Positions 20,028 through 30,031 of a DNA stretch of 64,000 bases are shown here, one piece after another. Numbering within the stretch: position 1 is the stretch's first letter; each line of letters begins with the position of its first letter. This stretch comes from Alphaproteobacteria bacterium. Its GTDB lineage: Bacteria > Pseudomonadota > Alphaproteobacteria > Rs-D84. The translations under genes were made by a program, and so were the position numbers. The DNA lies in assembly GCA_016927735.1 (NCBI GenBank), contig JAFGMC010000010.1:5649-69648 (forward strand), in the 5' to 3' direction. The notes below the pieces were generated by a model. The model saw nothing but the letters and a program-made list of their open reading frames with translations, searched no databases and had not been told where the DNA came from.

Positions 20028-21497
20028 ATGACACACCTAATAAATCTGACAATTACAAAAGCTTTACAGAAATTAAAATCTGGTGAAATTACTGCCACCG
20101 AATTGACGCAGGCATACTTGGACCGAATTGAAAAATTCGGCGCGGATTTAAATTGTTATATCACAGTAACCCCAGAACGCGCATTGGCAGATGCCGCTGC
20201 AAGTGACGCACGATATGCGGCGGGTAATCCATTGCCCCTTGATGGGATTCCAATTGGAATGAAGGATTTATTTGCCACACGTGGAATTCGCACAACTGCC
20301 GCATCAAAAATGCTGGAAAATTTTATTCCAGAATATGAATCAACTGTTTCACAAAAATTTATCGATTCTGGTGCTGTATTACTTGGTAAAACTAATCTTG
20401 ACGAATTTGCCATGGGAACAACCAGCAAGACCAGTTTTTTTGGCGCGCCAATTAACCCATGGCAAATTGAAAAAAATTTAACACCTGGCGGTTCATCTGG
20501 TGGAACAACCAGCGCAGTTGCTTCAGGGCTTGCCATTGGTGGAACGGGTACTGACACTGGTGGATCAATTCGTTTCCCAGCTGCAATTACCGGTCTGGTC
20601 GGAATGAAACCTACATACGGTTTGTGTTCGCGTTGGGGTTGCGTTGCGTTTGCAAGCTCATTGGATACACCTGGACCAATCGCACGCACTGTTGATGACG
20701 CGGCATTATTGCTGTCCGCTATGGCGGGTCATGATGAAAAAGATTCAACATCTGCAGCTGCAAATTTTTATGTAAAAGATGAATTACCTATAATCGAATT
20801 AAAAAAATTAAGAATTGGTTTAATCAAAGAATTTGATTCTGTTGAAATTTCAAATGACATGAAAAGATTATTTGATGCCCGCATTTCAGATTTAAAATCT
20901 GCGGGGGCTGAAATCGTAACTGTTTCGATTCCAAACATTTTGGATGCACTGGCGGCGTATTATATTATTGCTCCGGCAGAGGCAAGTTCAAACCTTGCCC
21001 GCTATGACGGTATGCGTTATGGATTGCGTGTCGAGGGATCTGATTTAATTGATACATACAAGAAAACCCGCGCGGCTGGATTTGGTGAAGAAGTAAAGAG
21101 ACGAATGGTTGTTGGTACTGCGGTTTTATCATCGGAATCATACGAGGTTTATTTTATGCAGGCCGCGCGCGTTCGCAGGCTGATTGCAGACGCATTTGAT
21201 CGTGCATTTGAACAATGTGATTTAATTGTATGCCCATCCAGTGCGGGAACTGCCCTTCCTTTGGATTCAGATTTAACGCCACTGGAATATTATGCCTTGG
21301 ATTTGTTCACCGTGGCACAGAACCTGGCTGGAATACCAGCGTGCAGCGTACCATGTGGTTTGGCAGAAAATAAATTGCCACTCGGGATGCAGGTTGTCGG
21401 TCAAAAATTTGATGACATGCGCGTATTACAATTGGCAAAACATATTGAAAAGTTTGCAGGCTTAGACAACAAACCAACAAAGATTCTAGGGAAATAA
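20028..21497 (+). CDS. gatA: Asp/Glu-tRNA amidotransferase subunit A
   Basis: Amidase signature GGSSGG...DTGGSIR, SSNLARYDG; start ATG 20028. Confidence 0.97.
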   Translation: MTHLINLTITKALQKLKSGEITATELTQAYLDRIEKFGADLNCYITVTPERALADAAASDARYAAGNPLPLDGIPIGMKDLFATRGIRTTAASKMLENFIPEYESTVSQKFIDSGAVLLGKTNLDEFAMGTTSKTSFFGAPINPWQIEKNLTPGGSSGGTTSAVASGLAIGGTGTDTGGSIRFPAAITGLVGMKPTYGLCSRWGCVAFASSLDTPGPIARTVDDAALLLSAMAGHDEKDSTSAAANFYVKDELPIIELKKLRIGLIKEFDSVEISNDMKRLFDARISDLKSAGAEIVTVSIPNILDALAAYYIIAPAEASSNLARYDGMRYGLRVEGSDLIDTYKKTRAAGFGEEVKRRMVVGTAVLSSESYEVYFMQAARVRRLIADAFDRAFEQCDLIVCPSSAGTALPLDSDLTPLEYYALDLFTVAQNLAGIPACSVPCGLAENKLPLGMQVVGQKFDDMRVLQLAKHIEKFAGLDNKPTKILGK

Positions 21498-21498
21498 T

Positions 21499-22053
21499 AT
21501 GAAAAATGCAATTATCGTTCATGGAGTATATGAAAGTCGTGAAGAATTTCTGGATCAAAAATACACAGAAATAAATGGCTGGAAAGAATGGCTTCAGTTT
21601 GAGTTAAATCATAAAGACATACCAACTCAAATGCCCCAAATGCCAAAAAGATATATTGGCGGTATGAATTTTGATGAATGGGTAAATGTATTCAAACAAT
21701 TCGTAATATCATCGGATACAATCTTAATTGGTCATTCTGCTGGGGGTGGTTTTTTGCTTAAATATTTATCATTACATCCAGAAATTCATTTTAAACAATT
21801 AGTACTGGTTGCCCCATGGATTGATAAAGAAAGATATGCAGGTGATTTTTTTAATTTTAAATTAGATTCAGAACTAAAAGACAGATTAAATAAATTTGAT
21901 TTATTTTACTCAACCGATGACGATGATTATATTTTAGAATCTGTAAAAGATATTTGTGATGTTTATAAAAACATAAAAATACATAAATCTGATAATAATG
22001 GTCATTTTGACGGGGATATGTACAAAGAAATACTAGAGGTAATAGAAAAATAA
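21499..22053 (+). CDS. RBBP9/YdeN-family alpha/beta hydrolase
   Basis: IVHG, GHSAGG nucleophile elbow, STDD and GHF motifs. Confidence 0.85.
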   Translation: MKNAIIVHGVYESREEFLDQKYTEINGWKEWLQFELNHKDIPTQMPQMPKRYIGGMNFDEWVNVFKQFVISSDTILIGHSAGGGFLLKYLSLHPEIHFKQLVLVAPWIDKERYAGDFFNFKLDSELKDRLNKFDLFYSTDDDDYILESVKDICDVYKNIKIHKSDNNGHFDGDMYKEILEVIEK

Positions 22054-22084
22054 AAAACCGCCGAAAAATGGCGATGGGAATAAA

Positions 22085-22160
22085 TGGTGGCTGGAAACGG
22101 AATCGAACCGCTGACACAGGGATTTTCAGTCCCTTGCTCTACCAACTGAGCTACCCAGCC
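22085..22160 (-). tRNA. tRNA-Phe(GAA)
   Basis: GGCTGGGTAGCTCAGTTGGTAGAGC...CTGAAAA...GGTTCGATTCC...CCAGCCACCA; 76 nt with encoded CCA. Confidence 0.97.
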
Positions 22161-22216
22161 AAACATGCGGAATTGATAATAAAACACGAGATTATAAAAA
22201 TCAAGGGAAAATAAAA

Positions 22217-23734
22217 ATGTTCACAATAAAAGGTAAAACTGGCGAATGGGAATTGGTTATTGGATTGGAAACCCATATAGAGGTTTTGTCAAATTCTAAG
22301 TTATTCAGTGGTGCATCCGCTGATTATAACCCAACTGTCCCTGCCAACACACAGGTATCTTTTGTTGACGCCGCTATGCCTGGAATGCTGCCAGTCTTGA
22401 ACGAATTCTGCGTTGAACAAGCGATTCGTATGGGATTGGGTTTAAACGCCGAAATATCCCGCACCAGTAAGTTTGCCCGTAAACAATATTTTTATCCTGA
22501 CCTGCCCCAGGGTTATCAGATTTCACAACCAGCAGAAGAACCCCCGGTCGTTGGTCGTGGCTGGATTGAAATTATGTCAGATGACGGCAAACCAAAAAAA
22601 ATATTTATTGAACGTGCACATTTGGAACAAGATGCTGGAAAATTAAAGCATGATATGAATCCAACAAAATCGTTTGCGGATTATAATCGCACTGGTGTCG
22701 CTTTGTTGGAAATCGTTACCTTTTTGGATATAAAAAACCCTGAAAATAATTCGTTTATAACCAGCCCAGACGAGGCCGAAACATACCTGCGCGAAATTCG
22801 TGATATTGCACGTGCTCTGGATGTTTCAAATGCGAATATGGAAGAAGGTTCCATGCGCGCCGATGTAAACGTATCTGTTCGCCGTGCGGGTACAAATGAA
22901 TTCGGAACCAGAACTGAAACAAAAAATATGGTCAGTTTCAAATTTATTAAAACTGCGATTGAGTACGAGGCACGACGCCAAATAGAAATACTCGAAAACG
23001 GTGGAACTGTATCCCAGGATACAATGCGTTATAACCAAGCAGATGGGACAACATCCGTTATGCGAAGCAAAGAAGATGCATTGGATTATCGTTATTTCCC
23101 TGATCCGGATTTATTACCATTAATTATTGAAGATGAAACAATTGAAAATATTCGTAAAACAATGCCAGAACTGCCAGCAGCGACACGTGCGCGTTATGTA
23201 AAAGAATTGGGATTGACTGAATACGATGCCGCACGTCTGACTGAAACTGTTGAAATCTCAAATTGGTTTGAATCCGCAATTGGGGATAAACCAACACGCG
23301 CCAAGCCAATTGCAAACTGGATAATTTCGGAATTGTTTGCACATCCAGAACACTGTGTTTTGGACAAATCCCTGCAACGCGACGATTCGCTGCGTATTAT
23401 AACCCCATCTGATTTGGCAGAACTGGTTGATATGATTGCTACCAATGACGTTAATGGAAAAATGGCCAAGGATATCTTTATAAAAATGTTGGATGGTGAA
23501 AATGGTTCACCTAAACAAATTGCAGAAAAATTTGGTCTGAAACAAATGTCAGATAACGGTGCAATTGAATCGGTGATTAATGAAGTAATCGCAAAAAATG
23601 CCCCCCAGGTCGAACAATATAAATCTGGTAAAGTTGGATTAATTGGATTCTTTGTCGGCGCCGTTATGAAGGCAACCGGTGGCACCGCAAATCCAGAAAT
23701 TGTTAATAAAATCCTGAAAGATAAGCTAAGCTGA
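22217..23734 (+). CDS. gatB: Asp/Glu-tRNA amidotransferase subunit B
   Basis: VIGLETH, YFYPDLP.GYQISQ, HLEQDAGK, MEEGSMRADVNVS, DYRYFPDPDL. Confidence 0.97.
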   Translation: MFTIKGKTGEWELVIGLETHIEVLSNSKLFSGASADYNPTVPANTQVSFVDAAMPGMLPVLNEFCVEQAIRMGLGLNAEISRTSKFARKQYFYPDLPQGYQISQPAEEPPVVGRGWIEIMSDDGKPKKIFIERAHLEQDAGKLKHDMNPTKSFADYNRTGVALLEIVTFLDIKNPENNSFITSPDEAETYLREIRDIARALDVSNANMEEGSMRADVNVSVRRAGTNEFGTRTETKNMVSFKFIKTAIEYEARRQIEILENGGTVSQDTMRYNQADGTTSVMRSKEDALDYRYFPDPDLLPLIIEDETIENIRKTMPELPAATRARYVKELGLTEYDAARLTETVEISNWFESAIGDKPTRAKPIANWIISELFAHPEHCVLDKSLQRDDSLRIITPSDLAELVDMIATNDVNGKMAKDIFIKMLDGENGSPKQIAEKFGLKQMSDNGAIESVINEVIAKNAPQVEQYKSGKVGLIGFFVGAVMKATGGTANPEIVNKILKDKLS

Positions 23735-23743
23735 TAAAGAAAA

Positions 23744-24037
23744 ATGTACAATAATGAAATAGAACTTTTAAAAAATTCTTATCCAGAGCCTGCTCTATCC
23801 AGCGTTTCTGTTCTGATAGCACTACTTGTTTTAGGTGGTGTTTTTACTGTTAACAAAAATAAAAACAAAGCTTATCCTTGGTATACCAGATTAAATCCAG
23901 ATTGTTTTATGTATGGTTTTACGAATATTGATAAATTTAATTTTGAATATCCTAAAAAAATAACAAATATTTGGAGCAATGACAGATTACAAACAAGTTT
24001 TGCCCCAAGACATGTTAAACAGCAAAAAACAAAATAA
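23744..24037 (+). CDS. Small hypothetical protein with one TM helix
   Basis: 97-aa ORF filling the gap between gatB and the Nudix gene. Confidence 0.55.
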   Translation: MYNNEIELLKNSYPEPALSSVSVLIALLVLGGVFTVNKNKNKAYPWYTRLNPDCFMYGFTNIDKFNFEYPKKITNIWSNDRLQTSFAPRHVKQQKTK

Positions 24038-24062
24038 TCCTATAATAAAAAAAGGATAAATC

Positions 24063-24674
24063 ATGAACGTTGTTGATATTCTTTTGAATAACTATATACC
24101 ATTTGATGATTTGGAAAGAACTGATTTGGAAAAATTTCGTAAATTTGTATCAAAATATGGTGATAAAATTTACAATCGAACACCTGGTCAACCAACCATA
24201 ACTGCCAGCGCATTTGTTATAAATCCTGATTTCTCCAAAACACTAATTATGCATCACAAAGTACATGGTTTTTATAAACAGTTTGGTGGGCATGCTGATG
24301 GAAATCCAGATTTAAAAATGGTCGCGATCGAAGAATTAAAAGATGAATCAGGTATTAATAGTAAAATATTTCAGAATACCCCAATTGATATAATTCGTTG
24401 GAATTTTCCAGAAAGAACCAAAGATGAAATTTTCTACCCGGCCCATGATTGTTTTGATATTGCATTTTTATTTATGATAAATGAAGATGAAAAAATTAAA
24501 ATAAATAAAAATGAAGTTATTGATACAAAATGGGAAAAATTAGAAAATTGGCGTGATTATTTACCAGATAATTCTGTATACAAAACAAATCCCCAGAACT
24601 TTGATTACCAGCAAAGAATTTATAAGAAAATTAAACTCTATCAAAAATTTACAGGAAATTTGAACAACAGATGA
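24063..24674 (+). CDS. Nudix hydrolase
   Basis: ITASAFVIN, variant Nudix box GGHADG..DL..VAIEELKDESG. Confidence 0.85.
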   Translation: MNVVDILLNNYIPFDDLERTDLEKFRKFVSKYGDKIYNRTPGQPTITASAFVINPDFSKTLIMHHKVHGFYKQFGGHADGNPDLKMVAIEELKDESGINSKIFQNTPIDIIRWNFPERTKDEIFYPAHDCFDIAFLFMINEDEKIKINKNEVIDTKWEKLENWRDYLPDNSVYKTNPQNFDYQQRIYKKIKLYQKFTGNLNNR

Positions 24675-25960
24675 AAAAATTTTTTATCCAAACTTTTGGC
24701 TGCCAGATGAATGTCTATGATGGACAACGTATTACAAATATGTTGAAAATAAACGGTTGGCAACAAATAGAAGATATGCGTAATGCAGATTTAATTATTA
24801 TTAACACATGTGCGATTCGGGAAAAAGCATCAAACAAAGTCTTCAGCGCATTGGGACGAATTCGTGATTCAAAGAAACCAGAAGCTATATTCGGTATTGT
24901 TGGTTGTGTTGCACGCGAATCGGGTGCGGATGCTTTTCGTAGAATTCCTGACTTGAATTTTGTTTTGGGTCCACAGAGTTATCATAAGTTGCTTGAAATT
25001 TTGAAAAATCCAGATATAAAATTATTAAACATTGATCTTGGTGGTCTGGAGAAATTTGATGAACTGCCCCAGATGGTGAAATCAGATACAGTTGCATATA
25101 TTCCAGTACAAGAAGGATGTAATCATGGTTGCACCTATTGCATCGTTCCCTTTACCCGTGGACGCGAATTATCACGTCCCTTTGATGATATTATACGCGA
25201 TACCATTCACGCAGCAGCAACAGGTGCAATTGAAATATGCTTTATTGGACAAAATGTTAATGGTTATAAATTTGAAAATTATAAATTATCCGATTTAATA
25301 ATAAAAACAGCAAAACTGGATACAATAAAACGAATCAGATTTACATCCAGTTATCCGACAGAAATGACCGATGATTTAATCGATTTATTCCGTACAGAAG
25401 CCAAACTTTTGCCACTTTTACATTTGCCTATACAAAGTGGATCTTCTGATGTATTGACAAGAATGAACCGCTCCTATAGTTTAGATCTATATATAGAAAT
25501 CATTGATAAACTGCGGGTTGCACGCCCTGAAATTAAAATATCCAGTGATTTTATTGTCGGCTTTCCTGGGGAAACCGATTCGGATTTCAACAAAACAATG
25601 GATATTGTTAAAAAAATTAAATATATATGCTCTTATTCATTTAAATATTCGCCTCGTCCACGTACAGTTGCTGCATTAATGACCGATCAAATACCAGAAA
25701 ATGTAAAACGTGAAAGATTAAAGACCATAGATAGTTATTTAAATGGTATTCAGCGCGAATTTAACGAATCGTGTATTGGTAAAACTTTTGAATGTCTGTG
25801 CGAAGGCCCTGATAGAACCGGGAAACATTTACTATTCCGTACACCTTATATGCAACAATGCATTGTTGAAAAGCCATCAGAAAAGATTTTGGATTTGGTT
25901 AATATAAAAATAACTGCTGCAAACAAATCATCATTGCGCGGGGAAATTGTTAAAATATAA
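24671..25960 (+). CDS. miaB: tRNA methylthiotransferase MiaB
   Basis: TFGCQMNVYD, NTCAIRE, radical-SAM CNHGCTYC, DFIVGFPGET. Confidence 0.95.
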   Translation: MKKFFIQTFGCQMNVYDGQRITNMLKINGWQQIEDMRNADLIIINTCAIREKASNKVFSALGRIRDSKKPEAIFGIVGCVARESGADAFRRIPDLNFVLGPQSYHKLLEILKNPDIKLLNIDLGGLEKFDELPQMVKSDTVAYIPVQEGCNHGCTYCIVPFTRGRELSRPFDDIIRDTIHAAATGAIEICFIGQNVNGYKFENYKLSDLIIKTAKLDTIKRIRFTSSYPTEMTDDLIDLFRTEAKLLPLLHLPIQSGSSDVLTRMNRSYSLDLYIEIIDKLRVARPEIKISSDFIVGFPGETDSDFNKTMDIVKKIKYICSYSFKYSPRPRTVAALMTDQIPENVKRERLKTIDSYLNGIQREFNESCIGKTFECLCEGPDRTGKHLLFRTPYMQQCIVEKPSEKILDLVNIKITAANKSSLRGEIVKI

Positions 25961-27487
25961 ACTTCAACTCTGCCACCAGTTTATGATTTAAACCATATTC
26001 ATCATTACTTATCGCATAAGAAACGCTGCCACCAGCATCATCGGCAATTGACCAAAAATTCATTCTGATACCCAGCGTTTGAATATTATTGGTTTGAATA
26101 TTTAAAAAGACCTGATAATCATTTCTAATTCCCAGCGTTTCTTCGGAAAAACCAAATGCACTGCCAGTTCTGCCGGCAATAGACGAATCGTTTTGATGTA
26201 AAACTTTTTCATAATCACCTGTAAACCCAATAAATGGTGCGAAATAAAAATTATTATAAAAATCAAACTTTAATCCAGCATCCAGTGCGCTGTAAATTGA
26301 AATTCCCGAAGGGTTATAAACAACGTTATCACCATCAAGAATCATATCTGTTTCAAAATTCGACGCTGTCACACCAAAAATAGAATCCAACCAAAAAGAA
26401 TCATTCATATAATAATCCCTGATATTTCCACCATACAAAGTGCCTGCAAATTTATTAATATCATCAATATTTTCAAATCGACCCAAATAACCAGAGGCTG
26501 AAATATTATGATCCCTTATCGCCGCTGCAAAAGATGCCTTGCCACCATATAAATTTACCCCCCAGAAGAAACATAAAATGCATCAAACCCGTTAGAGTTA
26601 TAAATTGTTCTGGGGGAATTTATTTCAAAATTATTAAATATTTTTATAGGTATCATTAAATTTATTGGATTCAATGCCACAGACCTTTCCATTACACCAT
26701 AAAGATCGTATATTGAACCTGCCCTATCCAATGCAACAAGTGTTGGATTATTTGGTGAACTGACCCGCAAATTATTTATAAAAATACCACGCGATCCACC
26801 CAATACTTTTTGATAATCCGTTTCCCTATAAATACTGACATAAATATTATCATCTCTACGAATCGCTTTGGCAATATACAAAGGACCTAATTCTTGTACA
26901 TTCAAATTCACAACCCCATCACCAGATACATTAGATAAAATTACACTTCCGTCTAATTCATCTGAATTATCTATATTAACTTTTATTTCCCCTATTAATT
27001 CTATTTCTGGTGAAATAAAACTCATTTCATTATTACCTATCAAAGATACCGACGCATTATCCAAAATTATTTTATCTGCAGCACCAGATATATCTATCAA
27101 ATCTGAAAAATTTATTGTTTCAACGTTTTGAACCAAAACAGAGTATATGAAATCCCCAGCCCCGATTTCTGAGATATCAGCATTTGTTTTTATTACTTGG
27201 GTTAATTTTGAATTATTACCCATGTTAAAAACACTGTTTATAACACCACTATTTTGTAATTTTAACTGACAAACATCGCATATAAAAATATCGCTGGAGA
27301 TTTCTCCAAGATTTTGAAGATATAAGGAATTTTTTATATTAAGGTTAACCGCTTCAATTATCGAATTTTCAGGAAGAATATAATCTTCATACAAGTCGAG
27401 GTTTTCACCGCCTATCACAAAAGAATCTTGTGAAAAAGCAGCTGTGTTAATTAACACTGTAATTAAAAATACAATTAATTTTCTCAT
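25950..27487 (-). pseudogene. Outer-membrane/autotransporter-like protein split by a frameshift at a G6 tract (26558-26563)
   Basis: ORF 26555-27487 (signal peptide) ends TCT GGG GGG TAA; the adjacent frame continues open (GTA AAT TTA TAT GGT...) into ORF 25950-26486, which ends in a beta-signal-like ELKFIF. Confidence 0.75.
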
Positions 27488-27646
27488 CTCCGGGAATAAG
27501 AGTAGCAAATGGGAATATTTTCTTAAAGTATTTTTTTTTGTGATTTCAGTAAGATATCAAAAATAAAAATTGTCAATATTTGAAGTTCTTGAAAAAGCTA
27601 TTAAAAGGTCTACATTGTATTTGAACCCAAAAGAAAGGAGCAGAAT

Positions 27647-28093
27647 ATGAATATTTTTAACTTAAAAAAAGCTAGCAATAAGATTTCTGCAAAGAAAGAT
27701 CTAGATGCTGTGGTATCTTATCTGAAAACAAAGTTTAAATCTGAATTAGATAGCGCCAGATTTAAAAATAACAATAATATGGGTATAAATTTAGAAGACA
27801 CGCTTATCACAGAGGCTTCGCAACTTTTGTATTCTGTCATAAACGATTTTGATGAAATAAATAAAAGAACAGATGCGGAAAAAAAATCTTTAAAAAAGAC
27901 AAAAACCAAAGGAACTAAAGAATTATCCCCTGATGAAATTTATATGATAAATATGTCCTCTATACATGATATAAAAAAAGCTGGTTTAAAAAGATTACTA
28001 TCTACAAATGAAAGAATGTTATTAAAAAATGCGAATAATCGATTCGTTCATTTATATTCAGAACAAATTAAATCATTAAAAACAAGGGATTGA
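27647..28093 (+). CDS. Hypothetical protein
   Basis: 148-aa ORF with AAGGAG RBS. Confidence 0.65.
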   Translation: MNIFNLKKASNKISAKKDLDAVVSYLKTKFKSELDSARFKNNNNMGINLEDTLITEASQLLYSVINDFDEINKRTDAEKKSLKKTKTKGTKELSPDEIYMINMSSIHDIKKAGLKRLLSTNERMLLKNANNRFVHLYSEQIKSLKTRD

Positions 28094-28200
28094 TATTTAT
28101 TAAACCCGTGGGTTATTATACAAAAACAGCGAAAAAACTTGCATTTACCAGATAAAGATATATAATCGGCTGGTGTCTTTTTAAGACGTATGATGACCCC

Positions 28201-28276
28201 GGGTGCGTAGCTCAGTTGGTAGAGCAACTGACTCTTAATCAGTGGGTCTGGGGTTCGAATCCCCACGCGCCCACCA
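28201..28276 (+). tRNA. tRNA-Lys(CTT)
   Basis: GGGTGCGTAGCTCAGTTGGTAGAGC...CTCTTAA...GGTTCGAATCC...GCCCACCA; 76 nt. Confidence 0.97.
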
Positions 28277-28438
28277 AAAATCAAACTGCCCTTTGTGGCG
28301 GTTTTATTTTTTATATAAAAAATCATTCCTATACCAAAAAAATATCAATCATCAAGATATAAATTCAACTTTATTTAATTGCAAACCCATATTAAGAGTC
28401 TAGGATTGTTATCATAGTATTTAAGAGAGAGAATAAAT

Positions 28439-28813
28439 ATGAATAAAACCGTATCTAATAACAAAAATAATTATTCCAAAAAAGATTACGCATATATAAT
28501 AATATCCGATATTTTAATAACTGCACAGAAACTTAAATGGATTGCTAAATCAGCTGAAGATTCATTTTATAAGAAATCGAGTATTTCAAAAGATATTTTT
28601 AAAACTATTGAAAGTCAAATAACATACATTGAACAAATTGGTTTACCTATTATAAGTGAATGTAAAATAATATTTTCAAAAAAATATAATATACAAATAA
28701 CATATATTGAACAGGCATTAAAATTATCAAAAAGAATTTTTAATGAATTTAACGCACAAAAAACGGAATGTTCATCACATTATATATTTAATAAAAATCG
28801 ACAGTATGCATAA
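28439..28813 (+). CDS. Hypothetical protein
   Basis: 124-aa AT-rich ORF followed by a terminator hairpin. Confidence 0.6.
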   Translation: MNKTVSNNKNNYSKKDYAYIIISDILITAQKLKWIAKSAEDSFYKKSSISKDIFKTIESQITYIEQIGLPIISECKIIFSKKYNIQITYIEQALKLSKRIFNEFNAQKTECSSHYIFNKNRQYA

Positions 28814-28824
28814 AACATATATTT

Positions 28825-28849
28825 AAATGTCCCGTTTGGGACATTTTTT
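28825..28849 (+). terminator. Intrinsic terminator
   Basis: AAATGTCCC-GTTT-GGGACATTTTTT. Confidence 0.8.
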
Positions 28850-29074
28850 ATTCTGTATATACAAGCTAAAAAATTAAATTTTATTTTGTATATACAAAAT
28901 AAAAAATTGGTTTTATAAACCCTTCAATAGCCAGGTTTATAAGTAATTCTCTTAGAAAAAATAATTTTCTATAACAAAAAAACTAGTATCGTCAAGTTAT
29001 AAATACATGTTTCTTTTGTTGAAAAATGAAATTAACCTTCTAGGATTATGTTCATATGTAAGGAGGAGAAACAT

Positions 29075-29476
29075 ATGATCACATCATCATTATCGCTATC
29101 TAGAGAAAATATTATTAAAAAAGAAGATTATAATAATTATAATATTGGGACAGCTACGAATTTGAGTTCATATTATGGTTTATTTTTAGAAGATAATATT
29201 AAAAAATACGAACATGCTAATTTAACAATCGCAGAAATTGAGTATGAATTAAAAGAAAACCGAATCATTCCTTTAATTGAGTTAAGAAAATTTTCAAATC
29301 AACTTAAAGATGTTACTTTTATGAAAGTCTTTAGCAATATTAATGTATTTGATGGCGATTTTGTTGAAGGAGTCAGGAAACGTTATTATCTTTTAAGATT
29401 ATATAATAAAATAAAAAAACATGAAAAAAAGTTCAAAGGTTTAATGGCTATTACGAATTTACAACATGTTAATTAA
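29075..29476 (+). CDS. Hypothetical protein
   Basis: ATG 29075 preceded by strong AAGGAGGAG RBS. Confidence 0.65.
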   Translation: MITSSLSLSRENIIKKEDYNNYNIGTATNLSSYYGLFLEDNIKKYEHANLTIAEIEYELKENRIIPLIELRKFSNQLKDVTFMKVFSNINVFDGDFVEGVRKRYYLLRLYNKIKKHEKKFKGLMAITNLQHVN

Positions 29477-29503
29477 AAAATGCCCCATTTGGGGCATTTT
29501 TTT
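29475..29503. terminator. Bidirectional intrinsic terminator
   Basis: AAAAAATGCCCC-ATTT-GGGGCATTTTTT. Confidence 0.85.
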
Positions 29504-30023
29504 ATTTGCTTTTTAAAGTATCATTAACCCATTCATACAAACCCCAATTTTCTAACATTCCATATTTTATACCTTTACGTAAAAAACCTGCTTTTTCATA
29601 AATCTTACGTAGTGCATGTTTTCTATCTGCTGTATCTAATCTTAAAGTGTTAAAACCCTTTTTAATTGCACGTTTTTTTAAATTATCTAGAAATATTTCT
29701 GATATACCTTGTCCATGAAATTCATTTGCAACACAGAATTTATATATGTACATGGCTTTTTTATCTTTACCATCTGGCCATAAATTAACTTTATCACCTT
29801 TTTGAAATATAACAGCGCCTGTTGGCTTATCATCAACAAATAATACCAGGAATTCATGATTTTCTACTTTATACACACTTTTAAATCTTGCCATATTTAA
29901 ATTTTTTGACAACCAATCCCATGTTGGTTCTATATTATGTTCCAATTGCCATTTACTGTTATCCAACATAATTTTAATGGCCAGATCTGGATCATTTTTA
30001 AAAGTTATTTTTGTAAATTTCAT
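29502..30023 (-). CDS. GNAT-family N-acetyltransferase
   Basis: YIYKFCV...HGQGIS motif A, LRLDT, L.KIYEKAGF motif B. Confidence 0.88.
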   Translation of the reverse strand: MKFTKITFKNDPDLAIKIMLDNSKWQLEHNIEPTWDWLSKNLNMARFKSVYKVENHEFLVLFVDDKPTGAVIFQKGDKVNLWPDGKDKKAMYIYKFCVANEFHGQGISEIFLDNLKKRAIKKGFNTLRLDTADRKHALRKIYEKAGFLRKGIKYGMLENWGLYEWVNDTLKSK

Positions 30024-30031
30024 ATTATTTT

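Larger units (their letters stand above)
28329..29047 (+). repeat. Diverged direct repeat (two 79-bp copies, 28329-28407 and 28969-29047) upstream of two orphan genes
   Basis: Ungapped manual alignment with about 57/79 identities, both copies ending TCTAGGATT. Confidence 0.7.

Noticed and set aside
19696-20052. N-terminal extension of the RuvX ORF
   Set aside because: It is the antisense of gatC; family similarity begins at MILTDF (19695)
27600-30023. Prophage or integrative element at tRNA-Lys or tRNA-Phe
   Set aside because: No integrase, transposase or duplicated tRNA 3' end seen
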